In this document: in pieces, positions 41,812 through 62,757 of the stretch
Layout of the letters: each line of letters begins with the position of its first letter
Numbering within the stretch: the first letter of the stretch is position 1
Assembly: GCA_013239625.1 (NCBI GenBank)
Contig: MU053810.1
Location: 3,752,071-3,816,070, forward strand
DNA: 64,000 bases
Reading direction: 5' to 3'
From: Lama guanicoe
Taxonomy: Eukaryota
Notes under the pieces: generated by a model
Database searches by the model: none
What the model saw: only the letters and a program-made list of their open reading frames with translations
What the model was told of the DNA's origin: nothing
Program-made: the position numbers and the translations under genes

Positions 41812-42308
41812 TGTGGTAGACAGAACAGTGGCTCCCCAAAGACGTCTGTATCCTTACCCCCAGACCTGTAAATACATGACTTTCATGGTAAAAAGGGTCT
41901 CTGAAGATGTGAGTGAGTTAAAGACCTTGATAGAGAGAGATGAACCTGGATTATCTGGATGGTCCATTCTAATCACATGAGTCCTTAGAAGTAGAGAACC
42001 TTTCCTGGCTGGGATCAGAAAGAGAGGTGATGAAGGAAGAAGGGTCAGAGATACTGCATTGCTGGCTTTGAAGGTGAAGGAAGAGGACCATGAGCCCAAG
42101 AATGCGAGTAGCTTCTAGGAGCTGGAAAAGGCACGGAAACAGACTCTGCCCTAGAACCTCAAGAAGGAACGCAGGCCTGCCGACATCTGTCCTACCCCAG
42201 GGAGACCCTTTCCCAGACTTCTGTGTCACTGTGAGATAATAAATGTGTGTTGTCTTAAGCCACCCAGTTTGTGACTGTTTGTTACAGCAGCAACAGAAAA
42301 CTGATACA
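41812..42308 (+). mobile_element. Solo MaLR LTR (MLT1D-like) in the presumptive MSRB2 3'UTR
   Basis: TG...CA termini; typical MLT1 motifs (GCTGGAAAAGGCA, AATAAATGTGTGTTGTCTTAAGCCAC, TTTGTTACAGCAGCAACAGAAAACTGATACA); 5-bp TSD GAAGT/GGAGT. Confidence 0.85.
42238..42243 (+). terminator. MSRB2: Candidate MSRB2 polyadenylation signal (AATAAA; a second at 42391-42396)
   Basis: First canonical AATAAA I could find after the stop codon, followed by GT-rich sequence; lies inside an MLT1 LTR. Confidence 0.45.
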
Positions 42309-42726
42309 GGAGTCAGCCCCTGTAGCTCTCATTCCCTCAGAACCTTTCTGCCTTTAATTATTACTTAATAATTTATAAATGAATCAATTTAATAAATATG
42401 TATAAATTGATCATTTCTGTATGTTGCCTAGCCCTTCTGCTCGTTCTGGATAGGAGTGCTGATTTGCTGCTGGCTCACGGTCTTAGTCTCCAGAGCATTT
42501 TGACTTTGCCCTCACGAACATCCCTGTGAGGAAGACAAAGACAGTATGTTTCTTTCCTATTTTGTGTAAGACCGGAAGCTCAGGAGGGTTGGATGAATTA
42601 TTCCAAATTAGATAATGCAGGGAAAGCCAAGTCAAGCCTGCCACACAGGTCTCTAGGCGACACTGCCGGTCCTCTTTCTATTCTAATTCCTAGGACTCAC
42701 AGTCAGAATCAAGGACCCCTATTTTT

Positions 42727-43109
42727 TTTTTACATTTTTTATTGGTTTATAATCATTTTACTATGTTGTGTCAAATTCCAGTGTAGAGCACAATTTTTCA
42801 GTTATACATGAACATACATATATTCATTGTCACATGTTTTCTCTGTGAGCTGCCATAAGATCTTGTGTATATTTCCCTGTGCTATACAGTATAATCTTGT
42901 TTATCTAGTCTACAATTTTGAAATCCCGTCTATCCCTTCCCACCCTCCACCCCCTTGGCAACCACAAGTTTGTATTCTATGTCTATGAGTCTATTTCTGT
43001 TTGGTATTTATGCTTTGTGGTTTGTTTTTTTTTCAGATTCGACATATGAGCAATCTCATATGGTATTTTTCTTTGTCTTTCTGGCTTACTTCACTTAGAA
43101 TGACATTCT
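42727..43109 (-). mobile_element. Young 5'-truncated L1 3' end
   Basis: Poly(T) plus L1 3'UTR; TSD AAGGACCC[C/T]TATTTTT at 42711-42726 and 43110-43125. Confidence 0.85.
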
Positions 43110-43129
43110 AAGGACCCTTATTTTTAAAA

Positions 43130-44215
43130 CTATTTATATACAGTTACTTTAAGTGAAGGATTTGCCGAATGTTAGTAATTTCATACAATTATATAACCTC
43201 TACCACAATCAAGGTAGAGAACAATTCCCTTACCCTAAAATAAATGAACCCCTCCTCTCCCCCCGACCTCAGCCAGCTACTGAGGTTTCTGTCACTAGAG
43301 CCTTGCCTTTTCTAGAATTCTGTATAAACGGAAACATGTAGCTTGGGGCCTTCTGTATGTGAAGCCTTTCACTTGGCCTAACAGTTTCGAGATGTGTCCG
43401 TGTTATATTGTGATCTGTTCCTCTTTGTCGCTGAGTAGTAGTCCATAGCATACCCATGGGTAAACAACATTATCTGTCCACCAATTAATGGACATTTGTG
43501 TTGCCTCCACTTTGGGCGGTTATAAATAATGATGCTACAAACATTTATATACATGCCGTTGTATGGATATACACTTCCATAGAAATGGAAGTGAAATGCA
43601 CGTTTAACTTCTTGAGATGCTGTGTGTTCTTCCAAATTGGCTGTCCCATTTTGTATTCCCAACAGCACATGAACATCCAGTTGCTTCACATCCTTGACAG
43701 CACTCCCTCTTTTTCCCCTACAGATAGCCAGTGGCCCCAGCACCATTTGGTGAAGACTTTCTCAAATGTCCTTGACATTTTTACAAAAATTAATTTACCA
43801 TGTAAGTGTGGGTCTGTTTTGGATCCTGTGTTCCATTGCTATGTTGTATCCTTATGGCAACGTGTGATTATTCCCTTGCAACCAGCGCTGTCCTTTTTTT
43901 CCAAAATTGTTCTGGCAGTGCTGATTATTTTTGCATTTCCGTATAAATTTTAAAACTATCTTGAATATATAGTTCCATGTTGGGAGACTGACGCTGAAAT
44001 AACGTTGAGTCCTCCAGTCTATGAGTTTGGTATTTGTCTCTTCCGTTTATTTATTTTCAGTATTTTTTAGCTTGCAGTGTGTGATTTTTATGCTTATTTT
44101 GTCAAATTTATCCCAAAGTATTTCAGTTTTCCTAATGCTATTATAAACTGTTAAAATTTCACATTCTAAATTGTATAGGGCTGTGCTAGAAAAATACAAT
44201 TAGTTTTTGTAATAG
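43130..44215 (-). mobile_element. Old L1 fragments
   Basis: T-rich decayed L1 3'UTR/ORF2 motifs (GGACATTTG, TATTCCCAACAGCA, TTTGCATTTCC). Confidence 0.7.
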
Positions 44216-47200
44216 CACAAGGATGTTTCTCAAGGCTTATCCTGGCTTGATTCTGCCCTGGCATTAGGCAGTAAACAGCATTATCCATCCCCCTTGACTC
44301 AAGGGAGATTCAAACACATTGTATTACCAATGAGCTTGAGATTCCCAGGTCTGTCAACCCACTGACATTGTAACCTGTCCTGTGAGACACCACTAGGGCT
44401 TGAGGACTCCAGGGAAAGGCCACTTTCTCACTCAATATGCCAGCAAGGGTGGAATTCTTCAAGGGTAGCCCACAGGCTTGCCGTCCACGCTGGTCCAGTT
44501 TCCTGTCCTCAGACTCTCTGGCCTTTCTCCTGTATTAAAAAGCAGTATTGAGGGGCTCCAGAGGCTACTTCTGAGGAGCAGGCATGTGAGGCTGGGAAGC
44601 TTCCCCTCCTTTCCCCCGAGTTGGGGGCATCAGGTGAGGCTGCCTCCCTGCCTGTGCTGGGAAGGGAGCTTTGTGTCTGGGAAGTTATCCAAGACAAGGT
44701 CCTGGGAACTCAGAGCACCCTGGATGCCCGGATGCCCTCAGGTCTGACCCTTCATCCCCCTTCCCTGAGAGTCACGGACAAAAGGATAATTCCTGTTGCA
44801 TTCCAATGCCGATTATGGGGAGGGGGTGGCAAGACGTGAGGGTGGGGGAGTATTCCTAGTGACGGGAGCGTTTGGCTGATGGGTAACTGTTTACAGCAGC
44901 TTGTTACTTTCTAGCCTGCACCCCTTGAAATCATTTTCTTTGTAAATGTTAAAAGCCATGTGAAAAAAAAAATAAAGCCAACCTTGATTACTATTCTTTG
45001 TACTTCAATCAGCAGCATGTTAGCCTCTGAATAAACTGTAATTCCTTCCCTGCTCCTGTAAGGAGAGCATTTAGGCCACATTTAAATATATATATATATA
45101 TCTTTGTAGGGGTCTCAAGACCAATTAGCAATTAAAAGCATCCATTTCCTACTCTGTAAACACGGCTGCTTGATTGATTTCCATCCCAGGCACTGCTTCG
45201 CTCTGGGTCATCCTTCTCACCACTTCCCCAGCTCTTGGCATCACTGGAGGCCTCTCGAGTGTTGTGAGGTCGCTCTTGGTGTTTGTGAATCTCTTAGTGC
45301 ATCATTAACTTGAGGACCAAACTTGATGTCTTTTCCTAACGTGCTTCTGTGGGTCCCCAGCACTCCACTCCCCTCTCCACTGCTGGGGACTGACTCTCAG
45401 ACCCCGAGGGGCAGCCCATGCTGTCACTTGGCATCTAGGAGCCTCTCCAGCCTCACCCTTGTCCCTGTGGGTACCCCAGAGGGTGTAGGAAGAGGGGGAT
45501 GAAATTGGGGAGGGGCAGGGTGCCCCGTACAGGGGTGGACACCGAGGAGAGTCACCAGGATGCGGTGCAATGGAGAAAGGCTCCCAGCAGGAGTGGAGCC
45601 TCCCTGCCCTGGGCCTGGGGTCTGAGTCAGGAATGGAAGGAGGAACCCCTTTAAGAGGCCCAGGGCTGAACATCTCCACTGAGCCTAAAACACACATTAT
45701 CTCGGGATCCTAGGCCAAACTATGGTTCCAGGGTGGGAACAATGACTGCGCTGGCAGAGCTGCTCCTGGGGCCTCCTCCCCCAGCTGGAGACTCGGGCCT
45801 TCCCTTAGCTGGGCAAGAACAGCCTGAGGCGCCCCTGTCACCTGGACACAGTGAGATACCACACGCCCTACAAAGTGCCTTCAGGGACTTCAGTGAAACC
45901 TCAATCATGGTTTCAGTCTAAGTTCAGCAAAGCTTCCAGAAAGTCTGAGCAAAGTGTCCCATTGTTTTGCCACGGACAGGAGGCCGCCAGGAGCCCAGGG
46001 ACCCCACCCCCACCCCCACCAGGGCAGTCTATACTTAAGAAAAGTGGTTCAGATTCATTCAAAAACAAATAGGTTATGGCGCCAAATAACCAATTGCAAA
46101 AGAGTAGTTTACAAAATTAAGTAAAAAAGCAGTAAAGAGTAAACACAAGCAAAAATTTCTGGCAACCTTTTATAAGCCTTTCACCTACCAAGATCATTTT
46201 CCTATCAATCCCTCTTGAAATGTAGCTGTGTCTGGGGACACAACATTGTCAACTGACTATACTTGAATAATACATATACAAAACCCAACCCAAAACAAAA
46301 ATTATAAGTGTTTTATAATTGTAATCCGCAGAAATTCTTCCTTGATGTCACAAAAATGATGGTGCATCTTATGGCTGACAACGTTTCAGATTTTATGAAC
46401 TGTGGGAGCCTGGTTAGAATTGATTTGAAAAGCACAAGTAAGAAGCAATAAGAAAAAAGGCTGAAAAGGTAAACAGATGGACAGACCCAGGTATATTACG
46501 TAAAGGTACCGGGGTTTTATCCTGAGTGTAATGGGAACCCGTTAAAGGATTTCAGCAGGAGACTTGCTTGATCAGATCTGTTCTGGAAAATTACTGTGTC
46601 TGTAGTGGGGAGGAAGATGGCAGGGGGGTGTGAGGAGATTAGGTGTTCCTGCCCCTCCTCCGTGGGCATATCATTTTAACCTGCTTGGGGTGGAACTTTA
46701 AAAATTTTTTTTGAGGCAATAAGAAATCTATAATATGCTTTAAATGATAAAAATATCTCGATGACCACCTCTTATTTTTTTAACTTCACGTCTGACCTCA
46801 GTAACCTGGCTGGGGTTAGGATGTTTTGCTTTTGTTTTTGCTCTTGGAAGGTCTTATCAAACCAGAGAGAAGTGGTTTTAAATGAAAGGCAGTCTGTTGA
46901 GCTGACATCTGAGGAGGACCAAGTTCCCAAAGTTCCCCAAAGCAGAGCTTTAAAAGCCCGTGGACCGTAATGGATAGGGTCTGAGGGTCTTCGGCTGAAT
47001 TTCTCTGCAAGCTCCCCACGTCCCTGGGCAGCCTCCACAGTGGGCAAATGCCAAGCAGCACTGCTGAGGCGAATAAGGGAGAAAAAATCATTTCCCCCTG
47101 GTTTAGATGGGCCCTGAGAACACAGCAATTATTAGACACTATGCTGGGCATTTAATACAAATCATCGCATCTCATTCCTGTAAGGTTGGGGTCAATATCC

Positions 47201-47267
47201 CCACTTCACAGTTAAAGTGACAGAGTTGGGATTCAAACCCAGATCTTTCAGATTCCAAAATCTGGGT

Positions 47268-47290
47268 TTGTTGTTGTTGTTGTTGTTGTT
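47268..47290. repeat. (TTG)n microsatellite
   Basis: Read directly from the sequence. Confidence 0.9.
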
Positions 47291-50200
47291 TTAGCACCAC
47301 CTTCTATCACTATCATAATTTTCCTCCCTGGAAGCCAGGGAGAGATAGGCAGAGAAAGAGCATGATGGCGTTGGGGCCGGGGCTCTGTCCTCGTGCAGGT
47401 GTGGGGCTGCTTCCAGGGTCCTGACACCAACTCTGCTCACTGCTCCCAGGCACCCTCTCCCTCCCTCCCTCCCAAGTTCTGTGTTATGGTTCAAACGTCC
47501 CAGATTGACCTTCCAGAGAGGATCCCGGAAAAAAGGGCAGAGCCAGCCCAGCAGAGGTGAGAAGCCTGTTCTCATCAGCACCAGATTTGCCCCTGTCTCA
47601 GCGGATCAGTCACCCCAGCCAGGCCCCATCACCATGATCTCATCCGGATACAGGATTCCTGGGCCCCTTGAAAGATAAAACCCTAATACAGGAAACAGCG
47701 AGAGGGAGTTGGGGAGATCAAAACCAGTCAGCTCATAAAAGCGCACAGAGGGGCCCAGACAAAACACAGCTGCTGGCCCATGGCCGGTGTCAGGCCACCA
47801 GCAGCACAAGTCCCAGGAGACCGGCCTCTTGAGGCTGGAGCAGGGGTGGTTCTCTCCCTGGAGTCAGCATTAGGCAGCGTTTGTCCCACACTCCCTGGCT
47901 CCCCTGGTCCTGCAGGCTGCTGTGCTCAAAACCACCAGAAAGCCTTTTATTTTTGATTGACATATATTTGATTTATACCATGGTGTTAGTTTCTGGTGTA
48001 TCGCATAGTGATTTGGTATTTTTGCAGATTAAATTCCATTATAGGTTATTGCAAGATACCGGTGTAATTCCCTGTGCTGTACAGTTTATCTCTATTTCCT
48101 TTTATTGCCGAGTCAAATGCTCATAATGAAGTGCAGCTTTCAAGAATGTGGAGGGGGTGATTTTTTAAAATAATATAGGAAAAGAAAGAAATAGAACACG
48201 CGAACTTCCCATCTTCACGCTCCAGCCACACTGGCCCCGTTTGGATCCACAGATGGGCTGTGCGCTCTTTTTCACTTTTCAGCATGGAACCCCCTCCCTT
48301 CCTCTCACCAGCCCAACTTCCTGTATTAGGTCTAATACTTTTTATAAAAATGACACCACACTTGTGAGGGGTGAGGGTTGAAAAAACTGTCATGCAGAAA
48401 GTATAATCAAACAAACACACCCATACTGCTCCCCAGCAGCACTGATTAATGTGAACATCTGGTCACAGAGTGTGTCTGAGTCTGTATGTATGTATGTGTG
48501 TACGAACAAAACGTTTCAGATAAAGTTGGCATCCCCTTGTTAATAACATGGATTAATATCTCTCCCTCCAGGATGTATGTATGTGTATATGTGTGTCTAG
48601 TGCGTGTTTATAATATTTACACAAATAGTCATTACTGTGCATATTGAAATGAAACCTGTTACTTCCACTCTCTAGTTTTCAAATCTCTCCATGTTGGTAT
48701 TTGTAGCACTAACTGATCTGTTTAAGCAGCTGTGTTCACATTATTTATTCCTCTGTTGTTAAATTTTAGGTCGTCCCCCACATTTCACTGTTACAACCAA
48801 TACTGCAAGAAACTCCATGCAGATATTTCCTCGTGCACTTCTTCAAGGGTTTCTTCAGATGTGTATTTAGAACTGGAATTGCTGGATAGAAGGGTAAAGA
48901 TTTTCAAGATATTTCAAGGTTGCCCGGCTGACTTCCAATGTGGTTTCACCAGTCTACACTCCCTCCAGCTGTTCATACGAGTTCCCACATCCACGTACCT
49001 TCATCAGCGTCAGTATTGCCAGAATGTGCACACGTTTCCCAAGCTAATAGGCTAGACGTCGTATTTCACTCTTCTTTTCCATTACCCTTTCCAGGATTCT
49101 GTGCGAATTTAAGCTACTCACTGCTTTGTTAACTGCCTTCTGCACTTAATATATCGTAGACATCGTCTCACGTGGATAAATACTCTCCCATATAATGTTA
49201 AGGTGTATTGTTTTGTACATCTATTCCACTGTTTATTTAACAAATGCCCTGCCTCTGGACATTTACCTTTATGTTTACAAGAGTCTGCTATTATAAACAG
49301 CACATGGGAGCTCATACAGCAGAGTGGCGAAAGGATGGACTTTCTTAGATTCAGACAAAATCTGGCTTTCATCTGGGACCCACTTGCCAGCTGTGCAGCT
49401 CTGGGAAGGACCCTCTGAGGTGCCCATCTTCCAGGATCTCATGGTACAGCAGGTGGCTAAAGTTTAGCCTCCAAAACCAGCTACTGTTTGAATCCTGGGT
49501 TCTGCCACTTGCTAGCTGTGTGGCCTTAGGAAAGCCCCTTAGTGTCTCTGTGCCACTGTTTCCTTATATGTAAAACTGGACATAATAATAGGACCTACCT
49601 CAGAGGGTCGCTGGAAGGTGGATGCAATATAATGGATGATTTTAGCACCGTCTGGCACAGACGAATATCTAGCATTGGTTAGAATTCTACCATTCAAGCC
49701 TGACAAATAAAATAGAATTTGGGTACCAAGTGGATCTGCACTGTCAAGTTCGATCTGCCCAGATGGAGAAGATGTGGCTCAGAGGAGTCAGTGATTGGCC
49801 CAAGGTCACACAGCTAGCTGCTGTCTGTTTGACTCGTGGAAACAAAATGAGGGCGGCCACAGGTGTGCGTTCTCTGGAACTTCGAGCATGTCAGGATAGG
49901 CCAGCTGGAATGAGAGGATTTGTAAACAAGAAGCCCCATCCCTCCGCATGCTTCATCCCACGGAGTCCAAACAGCAGTTCTTCCCCGTGGGTGGTCTGGC
50001 AGCATTTGCTGGCTCACTGGTCACCCTTTGTGGATGTGGATTTGCTCCAGGGCACGAAAGGGTGGATGTCAACTCGAGGCTTTTAACACTTTGTCACCAA
50101 GGCCGGATGCCAGGGTGGTGGAGGTGCAAAGGCCGGTGCATTCTGCTCACTGCTGAGTAACAGGAGAGCCTGATCCGTGACTGAGGCCACTGATTAATCA

Positions 50201-50680
50201 AAAGCTCTAATTGCCTGTCTGAGAATCCTCAGGGAGATGGAGGGGGCGCAGTTAAGATATGCAAGTTGTAGGCAGCATGCAACCTACATGATCTTGAACA
50301 TCTTGTTGCTGCTCAGGTGATTTATCGTCTCTCAGGAGCAGGCTGGGGTGCACCTGACCTGATGCCTGCTCAGCCCGGGCACTGCCTCAAGCAGGCGCAG
50401 TCCAGGGGGTTCCATCCCTGGTGCTGCCGATAGTAGGCAGTCCGGGGTCGAGAACTGGGACTGTAGGTTTTCCCTCTCCGGGGGTACTTTCTCCCACTGT
50501 GTTCGATTTTTTGGAATATTTCCTGGGGTTTTTGTCACTGAAATGAGCAATAAAGACCTGTCCAAAAAGCAATAGATATAGTTTTCCTTTTTGGTGAAAC
50601 CACTTTGGAGATTAACTGGGCAATCTTGAAACGAACAAGAATCTTTCCAAAAAGCAATAGATACCATTTGCCTTTCCTTT

Positions 50681-56078
<5,398 letters not shown>

Positions 56079-56284
56079 TTGCCTTTCCTTTAAATCACTT
56101 GAGTATCGAAGATTATCCAAACAGAAGATTATCCAAATATAGGGATCTGGCAAACAAGATTTCAAGCTTCTTTTCAATCCCATATCCCTATGGGAAGGTA
56201 TGGAGGAAAAGTGCTCTAAAAATCTGTAAACCCTAGACACGGTCATCACTGTCAACACTTTTCTCTGGTTACAGTTATAAGAAG

Positions 56285-57276
56285 TGCTGAAACTCATATT
56301 TTGTTAAGTTAGAAAATGTCTCTCCTGTTCAAGACCCTTCAAAAAAATAGTATATGTATATATTTTCTTATATATATATATATATATTTTATATATAAGT
56401 ATTTTGTTTATAGATCCTATTATACATATGTGTGTATGTAAATTGTTTAATTAAAAATCCCCCTCTCACCCCCTTCCCTCCTCTTAAGTCATTCTCCTCT
56501 GTTGGATTTGAGGTCAACTTTAAAATTCACAGTTGACCACTAAAAATACATTAAAAAGCCAAAACGCTTAATGTGTCCACTTTAAGTTTTCAGTACTTTT
56601 TAACAGTCCGGTTAAGAGTTGTATCTGGGAGGAAAGAAGCTGTAGAGTTGGGGAGACTGAAGACAGAGTACGGCCTCCTCGGTGCTCCTTACGGAGGCAG
56701 CAGAAACGCCGCAGCCTAGTCTCCCACCCCGCACACGCTCAGCCGACCATCAGCCTCTGTCTCCACCGCCCGCCGCCACCACCTCCACCGCCAGCTGCCG
56801 CCGCCGCCGTCTCCACCGCAGTCGCCTCCGCTACCGCCGTCTCCACTGCCAGCCGCCGCCACCTTTGCCTACACTGCCTGCCACCGCTGATGCTGAAACT
56901 CATATTTTGTTAAGTTAGAAAATGTCTCTCCTGTTCAAGACCCTTCAAAAAAATAGTATATGTATATATTTTCTTATATATATATATATATATTTTATAT
57001 ATAAGTATTTTGTTTATAGATCCTATTATACATATGTGTGTATGTAAATTGTTTAATTAAAAATCCCCCTCTCACCCCCTTCCCTCCTCTTAAGTCATTC
57101 TCCTCTGTTGGATTTGAGGTCAACTTTAAAATTCACAGTTGACCACTAAAAATACATTAAAAAGCCAAAACGCTTAATGTGTCCACTTTAAGTTTTCAGT
57201 ACTTTTTAACAGTCCGGTTAAGAGTTGTATCTGGGAGGAAAGAAGCTGTAGAGTTGGGGAGACTGAAGACAGAGTA
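56285..57276. repeat. 386-bp direct duplication (56285-56670 = 56891-57276) flanking a 220-bp GC-rich insert (56671-56890)
   Basis: Both copies run TGCTGAAACTC...AGACAGAGTA at a constant offset of 606, with the same (TA)9 tract; no differences seen by eye. Confidence 0.93.
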
Positions 57277-57609
57277 GAGATGGGGTGGGGTCGCTGGGGC
57301 CAAGTCCTGGGGAGACCAAGAGGTGGGGCTGGGAGGCAGAGGTGGGGAGAGAGGCTGGCCCTGATGAAGAGGAAAGGCAGGAGGAGCCAGGTGACTGGCG
57401 GGTAAGTTTGTGGATCAAGTAGGAAACTAAGACAGATAATGCTCTTGTCTCAAGTTTCTCCCTGTAGAGACTGAGGCAGGTTCTTGGGGAGCAGGGAAAG
57501 CCCGCCCTGTAGCTGGTGATGGGAAGAAGGAGGCTTCTAGATACACGTGCGCCCACAAAAGTTGGTATTAAAAATCTCCTATGATGACGTTAAGGAAGTA
57601 TCAGGCAGT

Positions 57610-58100
57610 GCGGTTAATCACATCGGCCACAAAACCTCTGCTCCTCCCACACATGAGTGGGGCTCACTCTCCTCCCGTGACCTTTCAGTGGCTTACATGA
57701 CAGGTGGATGGTGGCAGAGGTGACGCTGCCTCACTTCTGAGGCTCCTTGAGGAGCAGCTGGTAGATCTCTGCCTCAGCCTCAAACACCGGTTCTGGGGGG
57801 CTCTCTGCCACGCAGACATCCTCCCCCAACCCCCGATTGCCACTCTGGAGAGGCCTCTCTGAGGATCCTGATGGTCCCAGCCTCCCAGCTGTCCCCGCTA
57901 AGGCACTCGAGGTGCCCTAGACATCAGTGAAGCCCAGACCAAATGGCGGCCAACCCTCAATGACCTTAGTCAATCCAGATGGAGAGGACCGCCACCAAGG
58001 CTGCCCGAATTCATGACCCACAAAATAGAGACCATAAATGGTGGTGGTTTCAACAGCAAATTTGGGGCTAATTGGCTAAGCAGTAATAGTCATCAGAACA
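57610..58100 (+). mobile_element. Old MaLR LTR (MLT1H-like)
   Basis: GGCAGAGGTGACGCTG...CTTCTGAGGCT; ends ATAAATGGTGGTGGTTT...TTTGGGG...CAGTAATAG...AGAACA. Confidence 0.55.
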
Positions 58101-60475
58101 AGTAACATCCACCACTGCTGAAAACACCCACCTCCTATGACCTACCAGGTCTGCTCCTGGGTAAATATCTAACCAGGTTCGTCTCTATTTGCACCAAAAG
58201 ACACATGCAAGAAAGGTCATAGCAGCACCATATTCCCAACAGCTGCAAACTGGAAACAACTTGAAAAAGGCAAGACGAGAACTGTCTATCGGCTAGATTG
58301 GGTTGGATGGAACCTGGAAGAATCAGGGACAAGGCTGGCAGCAGAGGGGCCTGGATTGGCAGTTTGTGGCCTCTTTAGGGGGCTCCCAGTTAGATGGTTG
58401 TACAATGCCAGGTGTGACGTGCACTGTCACAGCCAAACACCCAATGGAAGAGGAGGCACCACCTAACACCCTCAACACCCGCAGCATCATGTATGTGTGA
58501 GCTAGTGTCCCCCAACCACCCACTCTGCTTGTATTTGCTCTGATCACTGCAGAGTTCACAGTGTTGTGCCTGGTGATAAGAAAGAAGGAAAGAGAGAGAG
58601 AAAAGAAGGAGGGAGGCTGGGAGAGAGGGAAGGAAAAAGGAAACACTAGGTCTCTTTCATTAAGAAACAGACACATAACAAATGATTTCCGCACAACAGG
58701 ATGGCGAGTGCCGTGTTCCAGGTTTGCACACCACCCTTGTGCTGGTCACTAGACTTCACCTTAAACGCACCACCTATCTTCTGCATCCCTGTTAGAAAGG
58801 AAGCTTTTTGAGGTCAGGGACTGTGTTCTACAGAGTTTTCAATTCCCACAGCATCCAGGCCCTTGTGCGTGGTCGCTACGTCAAGCTTATTTTTAAAAAG
58901 CTGGATGACTGAATTAAGTCAGAGCCAGCTGGGTTTGTGAGATCACCCATGAGGTGGCCTTGAGCTGAACCCTCCTTCCTCTGCAGTCAGGTTAGAGGGG
59001 ATATGCTTGGGGCTGAGGAAATGAGAGCTCATGAGAAACTAGCCTCTGGTTTGCCCTGAGTCTGTGGACTGAACTGAAGGTCTGTGGACAGCTCGTTGTG
59101 CATCCAAGAACAAATGCCCCTTCCCCAGTGATGTTCCATGATGGCCATCACAATGAACTCCAGGCACAATTGTCCATGTAATTATATAGTGTCATAGAAA
59201 GGCGGCCAAGAAATGGCCCCTGGTCCTGGGGGCTGAGGATCCCCCAGGTAGAAGGGAATACCCAGCAGGTGAGCGGTGTCTTACCTCATCTGCCTTTGGC
59301 CTCTAGGGGACTGACTCCCTGGACCCCAGAAAACCTTGGCACCCCTGTGATCTATATCCCACTACCCAGTTGCAGTTCAGAAATTGGGTGTGGTTCAGAA
59401 ACCACAAGTGCACACACACACAATGAACAGAATGCAAATTGTGCATGAACTTCATTGATTTCTTAATCATTAACTATCTTTTATCAACCAATTAGAAATG
59501 TGCAACTAATATCATAGGGGAGAGGGAGGCGTCCTGGAATGCTAAAAGGCTCAGAAATACAGCTCTGTTTTGCTCTCAGATTGTTTTACTCCAAATGGAG
59601 AAATTAAAATTTCACTTTCAGGACTTATCTGAGCCAACAGAGGGCGTCATTCACCTTTACAAGTCCCTTGAGCACTTTTTTTGGTTGGGAGATACAGGAG
59701 TCACGGGACCCTGAGATGCACTGAATCTAAATGGGCTTTCTGCTGTAGACGAAGGCAGCAGGGTGTGGGTGGTATTGGCAACTGAACAACTAGCATACAG
59801 ATACATCTAAAATGCCGTATTCCTTTTGCATGGAGTAGAGTTGAACCAGTTTTCTCTCTTCCATTAAACTCTTTATCTGGCTAGATTGACCTAAGGACAT
59901 CAGCCAATTCTCTCACCTTTGACACATATCCGGGAGTTTGGGTTGGGACACTGTTGACCGTCCCATTTTCCAAACAAGTGGGAGTTTGTTGTGTGTAATC
60001 AGGTTATACGTTGGGGGTGGGGAGTGAGTGATCCTGGAAAAGGCCACCAGAGGGAGCCAAATGACTGCTTTAGAATCACTCACTGCGGTTTTGGAATTCC
60101 TCTCTGGGAAGTGGCTTGCTGATACCTTTTGAGCCACCCAATCCCTCCCCGTCTCTCCTTCTCCCCCAGACATTTTTTTAAAAATCAGAAATAACCATAG
60201 CGCTAGAAATGTATATTCTGTATTTTCTTACCGAACAACCCACAGGCTTTAAACAAACAATACCGCTGTGGTGAAATATTTAGCAATGTAAAGATTCTCT
60301 CCTTTCTTAGCAGGGAGTAAAATAATTAAAGCAATCTTGCCTTAGAAAATAAATTAGCTGGTAGATGCACAGTGAGCAGCAAATCCAGTCAAGTATATTG
60401 GTGGGCTAGGGGAGGGGAGAACGGTTTATGAGTATGGTCATGTAATTTTCAAACAACATGTTAAGCATCTGTTTT

Positions 60476-62757
<2,282 letters not shown>

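Noticed and set aside
56682..56918. Protamine-like peptide (SCRRRRLHRSRLRYRR)
   Set aside because: No ATG start (GTG); the composition is explained by CCG-rich low-complexity sequence.
56285..57276. Miniature LTR retroelement (LTR-internal-LTR)
   Set aside because: The repeats do not end in CA, and there is no flanking TSD or recognisable primer-binding site.
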